Source of the DNA: Raillietiella orientalis | Lineage: Eukaryota | Reading direction: 5' to 3' | Assembly: GCA_036172245.1 (NCBI GenBank) | Contig: JAYWIR010000036.1 | Coordinates: 1,860,001 to 1,924,000, forward strand | Length of the DNA: 64,000 bases | In this document: piece after piece, positions 11,858 to 22,399 of the stretch | Layout: each line of letters opens with the position of its first letter | How positions within the stretch are numbered: the stretch's first letter is position 1 | Made by a program: the position numbers and the translations under genes | Notes under the pieces: generated by a model | Told to the model about the DNA's origin: nothing | Seen by the model: the letters and a program-made list of their open reading frames with translations, nothing else | Database searches by the model: none

Positions 11858-14800
11858 AGCCGGTTGCACCGGGACGTTTATTAATGATATCATCTGGGAA
11901 CTGTGTTCCCAGGCAAGGGGAACAGAAGATGGGGAAGAGGGTTCCCGGCACGCAGGCCGGGCACACTGAGAGTTCGGAACGGGAGGGAGGGGACAATAAA
12001 TAAATAAATTGGGAGGGAGGGCGGGGACAGGGGTCTGCAGTTCAGCCGTTCCTATTCTCAGAACCGGCGGCGAATGCCGCCAATCTCCGTTCTCAATTCT
12101 GCTCGAAGGTGTGGCCACCCGGCAGACAGTTGCAGGTTGCAGGCTGCAGTGTCGGGGACCGATGTTGGGACTGCTCGCATCTGCAATACGTGGCGGGCCC
12201 TGACAATGGCGCGGACGCAGCAGATGATTGCGACGACCGCCCCAAGAGATAGGCCACCACGCGTGAAGAAGCGGCGCATCCAATCCATTGCGGTGTGTCC
12301 GGGGTGCAGGAGCGCTGAAGACAGCCGCCGCCACAGCTCCTGGAGGGCACCGCACTCAAACAGCAAATGCGAAAGCGATTCCATTGCTCCGCATTGGGCA
12401 CAGTTCGGGGAAGCAACTCTCCCGGAAATCAGGTGCGCCCGCTGTTTGCAGTACAAACCCCAATGTACCAGCAGAAAAGCGTCCTGTTTCCACCGAAGGG
12501 GGAAGAGTGTTGCATCCAAACACGCAGAAGGGACCACAAGTTCATCGGTGGGCACCCCGAGGAGCTCACTCCACCGGAGAAGCCCCTTTGCACAAAGGCG
12601 AGGCGTGGCAGCGTCTGCCAGCTCGCAAGTCCTCCAGCCGCCCAGAAGTCGGGTTTCGCCTGCGATTTCGCAAGCGACCTCCCACCTCGCCGGCAGGTCA
12701 CTGTGATCTCGCACCATCAGCGCACACAGTGCTTCGGCGAGGGGCGTGGCGGCTAGGTGTGTCCACTGGTCCTGGTCTTCCAGCACCTCCCCCACTGGAC
12801 AGTATGGGGAAAGGTTCACGCAACGGAGTTCCAAACGGGACACATCCTGTTGCGCTGCCCAGGACGATAAGGCTTCCTGCCTCCAGGCGTTGAAGTTCGT
12901 CGGCCGGCAGGAGATCCACTCATGCTTTCCCAGAAGCGTGGCGAGCTGCTTCAAAGGGAAGCCGAATCCTCTCTGGGCGCGCTCCGTGCGCAGATGCAAC
13001 GAACGTAGTCCGTCGCCACCCGTACAGCGCCGCAGCAGCAGCCGCGCTGGAGCACACCAGGGAGTAGTCCAGAGCTGCGCACAAAGTGCCAGCATGCGGA
13101 ACTGCACTAGCAGTCCGATCCGCTCCAGCGTCAGGATGCTCAATCCTGCATCCTGCCGAGGAGCCGCCAAGTCCTTCAGGCGTATCCTGGACCTCGCCGG
13201 TCCCCACAGGGCGTTCCGCAACAGGCGTTGCGCCCGGCGCTTATCCGAGTAGGGAGAGAGACAAATAAAAAAGAGGGGACGGAGGAGGGGGGCAACGAAA
13301 ATTTTCCACACGAAGGCCCGTTCCGACAGGAGAAACCTGCCGCCATGGAACGGGCCCAGAGCAGTCTCGGCCTTGTGAAGGCAGTCCGACTACGCTTCTG
13401 CTGGACAGAAGGCGCCCAAGGGAACGCCGAGGTACTTCAAGCACCTGTCCGTGGGGATCCCCAGGCGGATCCAGTCGGACTGCCCCTCTCACGTAGAGCC
13501 AACCGGTACAACGGTTGATTTCGTCCTGTTGACGCTCAGGCCCGCTCCGCGACGAATGAGCTCGAAGTCCTCAAGCCTGGACGCCGGGGTGGACATGGGC
13601 AGCAGCAGGAGAAGGTCGTCAGCATAGGCGGCCACGGCCGGTGTTCCCGGGCAGGAGCTCGGCAGGTTGGCCAGCGTCAGCCTGTACGCCCTCACCACCA
13701 ACTCAAAGAAGATGCTGAAGAGCAGGGGGTTAAGCTGTCTCCCTGCCTGAAACCCCGCCGTATGGGAATGTCGTACACGTGGCTCCCGCTGAAAGAGATA
13801 CAGCATAACGCGTGGCGCCAGCAGGAGCGCAAGTAGGCGATGAGGTGCGTCGGGAGGCCTAGGCGTCCCAGAAGCTCCAGAAGGAGGTCCTGGTTTACGC
13901 TGTCGAACGCTTTGCAGAGATCGACGGCGACCGCTAAGGCTCCCGGCGTTCCATCGTGCCTTGAACACCGCCGCTTACCTTTGGCAGCGGCGATTTCGGC
14001 TGCTTGGCTCTGCTGTGCCACGCGCTGCTGCAACTCGAACCATGTTCGCGCGAAGAAGAGATTTGCGTCCATGGACCGCCCCGGAACAGCATACGTCTGC
14101 TCCTGACTTACCAAGGACTCCGCGATTCTCCCCAGGCGCGCGACCCATAGCTTGGAGAACAACTTGACGTCCGAATTCACCAAGGTGATCGGACGCCAGT
14201 TGCTGAGGTGGCGTAAATCACCGCCTTTCGGCAGGAGACGCACCTTTGCTGAGCGGAAAGAAGCGAGAACATCTCCCGTCTCACGCATCAGCGAGGAAAG
14301 GCTTAGCACCAGGGGGACGAGCTCCGCCGCGAAGCACTGAAAGAACTCCGCGGGCAGGCCATCCTCCCCAGGCGCCTTACGCCTCTTCAGGCCCGCTATG
14401 GCGAAAGATACTTCTTCCGCCGTGAAGGGCCAATCCAATCTGGTGCGTTCCTCCTCGTCGATAGCAGGGTTGGCCGTCGGAAGAAGCAGCTCGGAGAGAC
14501 TGCGTTCCGTGGGCTCCTCCGCGTACAACGAGGAGTAGTAGCGCTTGACTACGTGGTGTCCTTCGGCTGCAGCGGAGCATTCCTGGCCAGCGTCATCGAG
14601 CAGACAAGCCGCTCCAGACTGCCAAACCTGGCGCTCGGCCCTGGCCTTGTACTCCGCCAGACGCCGGACGTCCGGGCATCGAGAGAAGGTACGCGCCTGT
14701 AGATAGGATCTGCTGTTCGCGACACCCTCCCCGAAGCCGCGGGGAAGCAGGTGCAAGGGGAACCGGCAGCAGAACTCGCGGACCGATCTTTTGAGATCGT

Positions 14801-16745
14801 CCCAGTCCTCGAGTTCACGGATGGCGAAGCCCCGGAGGTGTTGGCGAAGATGCTCCGCCGCCTCCGAATTGCTAAGCCAGTCGGCCGGCAACCTCCACAC
14901 ATTCATCGGAGGCCCTTTGCCAGGCGGGAGGAGCTCGAACTCCAGTCTCGGATAATCCGAAATCGCGGACAGCAGGCGCCCTCTCCGACCTACTGGTGAG
15001 AGCAGGTGTTCATCGAGGAACGCATGGTCCGGTGATCACTCCGTCCCGGGCTCACTAGCAAGCAAGTTTTGCACGCGCACGGACGCGCATACCTCGCTCA
15101 CCAGTTGCTTCTCCCTCAAGCGGCATCTCTCCTCTGTTAGCAGGTGGACGTTGAAGTCTCCTGCAAGGAGGTGCGCCACGTTAGGGCCGGAGTCAGCGAG
15201 CCAGCGGCTGCGCAGGCCACCCAGGAATGCAAGTCGCTGGGCGTAATGCCGGCCGCCGCTCGGCGCGTAGATGTTCGTAACGACCAGCTCGATCGATTCG
15301 GACCACTTGAGGACAAGTTGGCCCACACGACCTTTCTCGTCGAAACAAACGTTCCGCACCGCCTACGCCACCCTGCCTCGGACCAGCAACGCGACTCCGC
15401 ACGTGTGCGCGGAGCCTTGCCGCCAGTGTAGCGTCCCGCCCGCGCGCTCTTCCAGATCCGATGCCTGCCGTTCGGGGATGCTATGTATCTCCTGCAGCAG
15501 CACCAGATCGAACGCGCGCAAAGCGTTGGCTACCGTCCGCCTTTTGTCAGCATCACGTAGCCCGTTGACATTCCAACAGGCCACGCTGACGCGACGAGCG
15601 GACGCGAGTCCACGCATCACTGCTGCGGACATGACGGCGTGCTCCTCGCCCCGTCCGGCGAGAAGTCAGCTGGTAGGAGAGCGGATTGGGAAGCGGAATC
15701 GTTCCCGTTCGCCGCCACATCGCGCCCAGCTGAGTCCTGGGAGCCGAGGATCATCGCCTCGGTCTCCGTGCAGGAGCCGGAACCGCCTCCGGCAACAGGC
15801 TCGTGCTTTCGCACTTTAGCCCGGCGCGCTACCGGCTTACCCCGGGGTGCGCGCTCCATTTGTTTGCACTCGGACTCCACCTCGGAGTCCGAGTTCCTGG
15901 CTCGAGACTGGCGTTTTGCCTGTCTCTTTTTGTTTCGGCAGGTGGAGGCTTGCCCTGCCCGCGCGGGGGTCGTCGCAGTCGCCAACGCAGCTTCCGGAGC
16001 TTTGGCTTCCGCAGCCGCCCTCTCGCGCGAAGCGACAGAGACAGAGCACGCAGCCGTAGTGCGTAACTGGGTACGCACCTTCTTCGGCGTGCTTCTCTTT
16101 TGACTCCCACCCACCTTAAGGATGGGGAATATTGAAGGGTCAACCTTCTTCTTCCCCTTTGTGAGCGTCCTGGAGACGCGAGTCCAGCCCGCGTCGGGGA
16201 CGCCCTCCTGGGAGGCCGACGCCTCCCTCAATTGTTTGGCCGGAGATGCCGGCTCACGTTTCGCGCTCGCGGCGGGACACGGCTCCGTCCCCGTTACGCA
16301 CCTGCTCCTTAGCCGATGCGGCCGAAACGGCGGTCATTGCCGTCGTCCCGCGAGGCGCTATTGCAGCCTTCGCTGCTCGTGCCTTCGGCGTGGAAGACGT
16401 GATCTCCACCGCCGTAGGAGGAGACTGCCGTTCAGAGGCAGCTCCGAGGGTACCCGCGCACGGTTTCCCGTGTGCTCCGCTGGACGCGCAAGCGGACGCG
16501 GACGGTTCAGCAGCTTTGATTGAGTGCGTGCCCGCACTCTTAGGCTGCTTCGAAGGGGGCGATTTGCCCCCAGGGCGACGTGGCATCTTTCCCGTCTGCG
16601 CGGTTGTCTGGGATGGTGGCTTCCCTGAAGCAACCGCGCCCTTTTTCGCGGGACCGCCACTCGAAGATGCCCCGCCCTTCGCGCCCGATTTCTCCCGTGG
16701 CACAACGGGGGATCTTTTCGGTGCGGCCGTTGTCGTAGAACGTAT
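11858..16745 (-). mobile_element. Near-complete family A L1/Tx1-like element (ORF1 3' half, all of ORF2, 3' UTR)
   Basis: Collinear K/A/R-rich ORF1 tail, APE, RT, zinc finger and structured 3' end. Confidence 0.95.
12058..15617 (-). pseudogene. ORF2 polyprotein (APE-RT-zinc finger), about 1185 codons, disrupted
   Basis: ACWNVNGL/LLQEIH/TNIYAP/AGDFN; KAPGEDGLPAEFF, NWRPITLVNSDVK, DLCKAFDSV, GFRQGDSL, AYADDL; CAQC...HLLFEC; a few stops and frameshifts. Confidence 0.93.
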
Positions 16746-16747
16746 GC

Positions 16748-18075
16748 TCGACGACGTCGCCTTTGAGCGAGCGGCGGAGGAGCTCGCTGCGTCCTTGCAG
16801 CGTCCCCTTAAATCCGCGAAAAAGGCCTTAAGGCGTCCGACCTCTATCAAGAAGTCGGAGATTCCGAACTCTGACGCAGAGGCGGAAAACAGCCTGCGGC
16901 ATCGCGTCCTCCCGCCCGAAGGCCAATCGCACGAAGAAGGCTTCCCGCAAAATTATCCCGTCCGTGGAAAAGGGAGAGATAATTGAGGGAAGCGAGCGTG
17001 CCAATAAAGTGGGGAACTCCGGGGACTCTCCTCGAGAGGTAACCCCACGCTGCGATCCCGGAGGGAGGGAAAGGGTAGAGTCTGTGCCCCAGGTGCTTCA
17101 AGTGCCTGAGATGGCCGCGGTCCCCTTACTCGTCCCTCCCACCTGTCCCTTGACAGGTGCTGCAATGCCACGTTCCCAGCCTTAATGCCGGGATTCGCCT
17201 CTTGCCGCCGTCTGCGAATTGCCTGTTGGAACGTCAACGGGCTAAGCGACGACGGCAAGAGACGAGACGTGGCCTCCACCCTGGCATCGTTCGACCTGGT
17301 GCTGCTGCAAGAGATCCACGTGATCTCCGCAGATCAAGCAACGGAGATCGAGCGTATCTCGGGTGGACGGCTGCTGTGGCGTTGCGGCACCGTTAAATCT
17401 TGCGGTGTCGCGTTCCTGCTTCGTCCAGCTGTCGAGGCTGCGGAAAAGGGCGTACGGTTCGATAGTGCCGGTCGCGTCGGGCAGTTGACCATCAGGTGGT
17501 CCGACTCCATCGATCTGGTCATTACCAGCGTGTACGCCCCAAGCGGCAGCGACACGCTAAGGGCAAAGGCAAGGAGAGATTTCTTCCTTACCCTGAGGCG
17601 CGAATATCTGGACGAAGCGGGAGTGCGCAAAGCGCACCTAATCGCAGGTGACTTTAACCTGCGCCTGCTGTCAGGTGCGTCCGACACACTTCGGGACCGC
17701 GTGAACGAGCTGTGCGCAGAGATGCACACGCGCAACTTGTTCGCGGGAGATCCGGAAATGGTCGACAGCATAGATCACGTGTTTCTTGACCAGCACCTCT
17801 GCTCACGCGTGGGCAGGCGCGGCAAGTTACCGTCGGAACTGTCGGACCATGCCCGGATCGTACTCGAGGTGCGGCCACGCGATAGGGGTCCGCCGTCATC
17901 TGCGTGGCGCTTACCGGGGGACTGGCTGAAGCTCCCGGACGCGGCGGAACATCTCCGCGCGTTCATACGGAACTTCAGGATGCGGACGCTTCAGGACTGG
18001 GACCGCTTCAAGCAGTCGGTCCAGGAGTTCTGCGACCGGTTCCCTTTGCATCGCCTACCTGCGGGATTTGGGGTT
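16748..18075 (+). mobile_element. Family A subfamily fragment: ORF1 tail plus complete open APE domain (ORF2 ATG 17185)
   Basis: IACWNVNGL, LLQEIH, SVYAPSG, AGDFN, IDHVF, SDH, WRLP all in one frame; ends at the 3' terminus of an antisense copy. Confidence 0.93.
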
Positions 18076-18077
18076 GT

Positions 18078-19380
18078 CACCCGGGTACGCCCGGGGCGTT
18101 TATTGAAAACACTCTACATAAACGTGGTACGAGGCCCCACTAACGGCCACACAACACCGGACCTGCCGGGACGCCGGGACGCAGCCCGGCGTGACGCTCC
18201 TCGGCAGTGGAGGGGGATAGAGATGAAAACAAAAAGAAAAATAAAGATAAGGAAAACAAAAAAAGAGTTTGGAGGGAGGGGAAGGGATCACAATCCACTG
18301 GGAGGAGGGCCCATCCTTCGCAGGATGCCCTCCAGGTCCATCTTCATGCTTCCCAGATGGGGCCATCTCGCAGCTCTCCGCATGAAGCAGACCGCATACG
18401 GGATGACATCCCTCGCGTTGGCATCCACTCCTTCGTCGCGAATGTCGCTCCAGGCCGCCACGATGCTCCGAATGCAGCAGAGGGCTGCGAGGGCTGCGGC
18501 GGGATGTAGGGCGTCCCGCACAAAGAGGGGCCGAAGAACGTCTCTGGGCGCGCTGCCCATTGGGAGCCCGAGGGTCGTCCCGAACCGTTCCCACAGGGGT
18601 CGGAGGGCAGCACAGTCAACAAGTAGGTGGGGGAACGACTCCCGCTCCCCACACCTGGCACACTCAGGCCTTACACATCCCCGCGTACAGTGGAAGCGGC
18701 GCGCGTTGCAGAATAGACCCCAATGCAGCCACAGAAGCGCCGATTCTTGCCACTTCAGGGGGAGAAGCCTGGATCCAATTAGTATTGGGGGCCACTTCAG
18801 GTCATCCGTTGGGATGCCGAGCAGCTCGCCCCATCTACGAAGTCCACGCGGGAGGGCACTCGGGGTCGTGGCATCTGCCAGTTCTCCCATGGTCCAACCG
18901 CTCATCGTCTTTTCCTTGCCTGCGATTCGGCAGGAGACTTGCCACTTTGGCGTACGGCCGCTGGTTAAAGCCCTTCGTAGGAAGGGCAGGGTCGAAGCTA
19001 GAGGGGTAGTCTCCACCTACGTGCTCCTGGCGGGACACGCCAGAGTAGTCCGCAGTGTGCAGCAGGCGTTGGGGCCGAATCGCAGGCGGTTCCAGTCCGG
19101 GGAAGTCTGGAGGTTCAGCTTGGCCCACGTCGCAACGGATTCCTCCAGCCAGGCGGAGGAGTTGGCGGGGCTGCATACCGTCCAGCCGTTGTCTCTCACC
19201 AGGGCTTCCATGCGCCCAAGGAGAAGGCCGCATCTTCTGCCCTTCCTGCCAGAGCACAGAAGGTACGACGCGAGTCCTTGCGTCCTGGACACACGGCTGG
19301 CGAGGATGTGGGCCGGAACGCACCAAGGGGTGCTCCATGACTTTGCTGCGATGGCGAGGGTGCGCCATCGCAGCAAAGAA
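18078..19380 (-). mobile_element. 5'-truncated family B copy (post-RT region, zinc finger, UTR)
   Basis: KSWSTPWC...; CARCGERESFPHLLVDC; ends AARWPHLGSMKMDLEGILRRMGPPPSGL* (18288); structured 3' end. Confidence 0.9.
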
Positions 19381-20684
19381 GAGAGAATCGAGCTGCAGGT
19401 GCAGCTTCGGATGTTGGCCCTGTGCGCCAACCTTTGGTCCACTCCGTGGTGCGCTCCCGCGCGCCTGCTTCTGCGGCGCTGCACAGGCAGCGATGGACTT
19501 CTGTCGCTGCGGCCGCACACGGAGCGCGCCACGAGAAGCTTCGGTTTCCCGTTGAAACCGCTGTACCGGCTCCTGGAAGCCCAGGAATGGATCTCCTGCC
19601 GCCCAACGAACTTTCAAGCCTGGCGGCAGGAATCGTTGCATGCCTGGGCAAAGCACGAGGATGTTTCGCTCTTGGAACTCTATGGCGCCGACCTCTCCCC
19701 GTACTGCACGGTGGATGAGGTGTGCAACAGCCAGGAGAAGTGAACCCGCCTGGCCGTTACCCCCCTCGAAGACGCACTGTCAGCCCTCAGGGCAAGAGAT
19801 GACAGTTGCGAACCGGCGAGATGGGAGGTCGCCTACACCATTGCAGGAACAACGCGACCTATTGGCGGCTGGAAGACTTGCGAGCTGGCGGACGCCGCCA
19901 CACCTCGCCACGTTCCGAAGGGACTCCTTCGGTGGAGCGAACACTTGAGTGTGCCCCTTGAAGAACTTGTGGTTCCTCCCTCGTGTTTGAACACTTCTGT
20001 GTTACCCCTTTCGTGGAAGCAGGACGTGATTATGCTGGTGCATTGGGGTTTTCACTCCAACCAGCGCACGAACCTTGTTTCCGGGGGAGTTGTCTCCCCA
20101 AACTGTAAGCGGTGCGGGGAAGTGGAAACGCTCCCGCACCTGCTCTTGGACTGCGGCGTCCTCCTAGGACTGTGGCGGAGGCTGGCCTCAGCTCTCCTGC
20201 ACCAGGGGGACACCGCGAGGGATTTGATGCGTCGCTTCTTCACGCCAGGCGGCCTGTCCTTAGGTGCTGTTGTTGCAACCGTGTGTTGCATTCGCGCCAT
20301 CGACAAGGCCCACCGACAACTGGAGAAGCTGGCCATCCTTCGTCAGCCCACCGGCTTAGCCAGCGCCAGCATGTCGTCGGCAGCCGAGTGGGCGCATCTT
20401 CCAGAGAGCGTGAGGAAGGAGATCGCCGGCATCCATCGCCGGTTCTGAAAGGAAGGAACGGACTCACCAAAGACCCCTGTCCCCTGCCCTCCATATTTTT
20501 CTTTTATTTTTTCTTTTATTTTTTTATAGTAGTGTATTTGTGGTCCCTTCCCTCCCGTTCCGGACTTTCGGCATACCGACCTGCGTGTCGGGGATCCCAC
20601 CCCCTTCGTCTCTTGTTTTCCCCTTTGTCCAGGAACCCTGTTCCCGGATAGTTTACAATAAACGCCCCGGCGCACCCAGGTGAT
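19381..20684 (+). mobile_element. 5'-truncated family A copy, nearly identical to 9103-10408
   Basis: ERIELQVQLRMLALCANLWSTPW...EIAGIHRRF* (20448); UTR differs from the 9.1-kb copy at only a few positions. Confidence 0.93.
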
Positions 20685-21090
20685 AAACAGCCGACCCCCC
20701 GCGATCGTTTCGATCTCCTGGACGTCTGCCGCGGTGATCACGTGGATCTCCTGCAACAGGGCCAGGTCGAACTCCCGCAGGGTGTCGGCTGTATCTCGCC
20801 TGTTACCGTCGTCGCGCAGCCCGTTGACATTCCAACAGGCCGCGCGAATCCGACGGCGACTGGCGAACCTAGGTGTTACTCCTGGGAAGATGGTGATGCG
20901 GCGTCCGCCACCTGCTGGGGCGGGACGATAGGTGGAGGAGGAGGGTCAGGTGCTGAAGGCACCTGGTCCCCCTCCTCCATAGGTAACGGCGCGTCGAGCG
21001 GGTCACCCACAGGTGGGGTCGCGCCTACCTGTTCGCCCTCCTCCATGGGGGCAGGCTGTTCAGGGTCGGCACCTGCAGGGGGGACTTAAC
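20685..21090 (-). mobile_element. ORF1 tail plus APE start (paralog of 8700-9102)
   Basis: ACWNVNGLRDDGNRRDTADTLREFDLALLQEIHVITAADVQEIETIAGGRL. Confidence 0.88.
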
Positions 21091-21159
21091 CCCCCTGTTT
21101 ACTGGTGGACAAGGGGGTGAAGTTCAGCTGGACACGGGGCTGGACTTCAGCTGGTGCGA

Positions 21160-22399
21160 GCCTGCACGATGCCTTGTTCAGCGAGCTAGCGGGTGCGCGG
21201 GCCTGTCTACCTTCCTAGCGCGCCGCAAACGCCGGTACCTGTTTCACTGCGGACTGGCACTTCGGCGAGTGGCGAAGCTGACCATAACGAACACCTGGAT
21301 CTCCTGTCGGCCCGCGAACGGTACTTCCTGGTTGCAGGAAAGCCTTCGCACGTGGGCCCAGATCGAGGAAGCGAGCCCGGAGTTGCGGCAGCGAATGCTG
21401 CTCTCCTATCACAAGAGCCGCTCGCTGCAGGACATCATTGTGCAGCCCACCTTGAGCGCATGGGCTGAGAGGACCTCCCTTGCCACGGCTCTGTTCCACC
21501 TTAGAGAGCACCTGGGCAGTAGGCAGCCGGCGAAATGGGAAGTCCGGTGCAGTATCTCTGGAAGAGAGAGAGAGCAAGGTGGTTGGACCACAGGACAGTT
21601 TGCAGACGCTGTGACCCCAAGTGTCCCACCGGAGGGACTATTGCGCTGGGGCGAGCTGCTGAGCATCCCCATGGATGTACTCGAGTGGCCCCCGGTGCTG
21701 AAGACTACCCGGGCCCTCCTGCTGAAGTGGCAGGAGTCGGCGTTCCTGGTGTTGCACTGGGGACTCCCCAGCAACGCCCGCCGTTCGCACTGGACGAGGG
21801 GAGCTGTGGACCCAAATTGTGTCAGATGCGGGGAACGGGAAACCCTCCCGCACCTGCTTCTTGACTGTGTTGCCCTCCGGTCTCTGTAGTTGCGTTTCGC
21901 AACGGCCCTAGGAGCACCCACGATCAACCCTAGAGACGTTCTGACGCGCCTCTTTGTGCGTGACGCCCTTCGGCCTGCCGCAGCCCTTGCAGCCCTCTGC
22001 TGCCTACGAGGGATTGTGGCGGCCTGGAGCACCGCCACTGGTGGACTGAACAACAGGGACATCATCTGCTCCGCCCTGCGTTTCCTAAGGACGGCAGCCA
22101 GATGGTCCCATTTGGGGCATATGCGGACCGAACTTGCCGGTATCCTGGAAAGGATGTAGAGGACGACTCCACTCCTCCCTTCCCCAACTCCTCCCTGCTT
22201 TTGTAAATAGTGTTTTCTTTTTGTTTTTATTGGTCCTTTCCCCCCCCGCTGCCGACTCGAACTCGCCAGCCTGCGTGCTTGCTACTCAGCAATTTCAGAC
22301 TCTTTCTTAGAACATTTTTTTAGGACGCTGTAGTGGCAATAGCCCTACACTTGCTTGTTTGTTTTTACTAAAAAATAAACGCCCCGGCGCACCCGGGTG
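21160..22399 (+). mobile_element. 5'-truncated family B copy with 3' end
   Basis: WISCRPAN...CVRCGERETLPHLLLDC...AARWSHLGHMRTELAGILERM* (22159); ends aataaacgccccggcgcacccgggtg. Confidence 0.92.

Noticed and set aside
13692..14906. RT as a bacterial retron, group II intron, DGR or CRISPR-associated RT
   Set aside because: It lies between an APE domain and a zinc finger behind a gag-like ORF1, next to spliceosomal-intron genes; no arrays or template/variable repeat pairs seen.
17185..19743. 852-aa ORF as a novel fusion protein
   Set aside because: It runs through a sense APE fragment, the antisense strand of a family B copy and a sense family A fragment; most likely chance read-through in GC-rich DNA.
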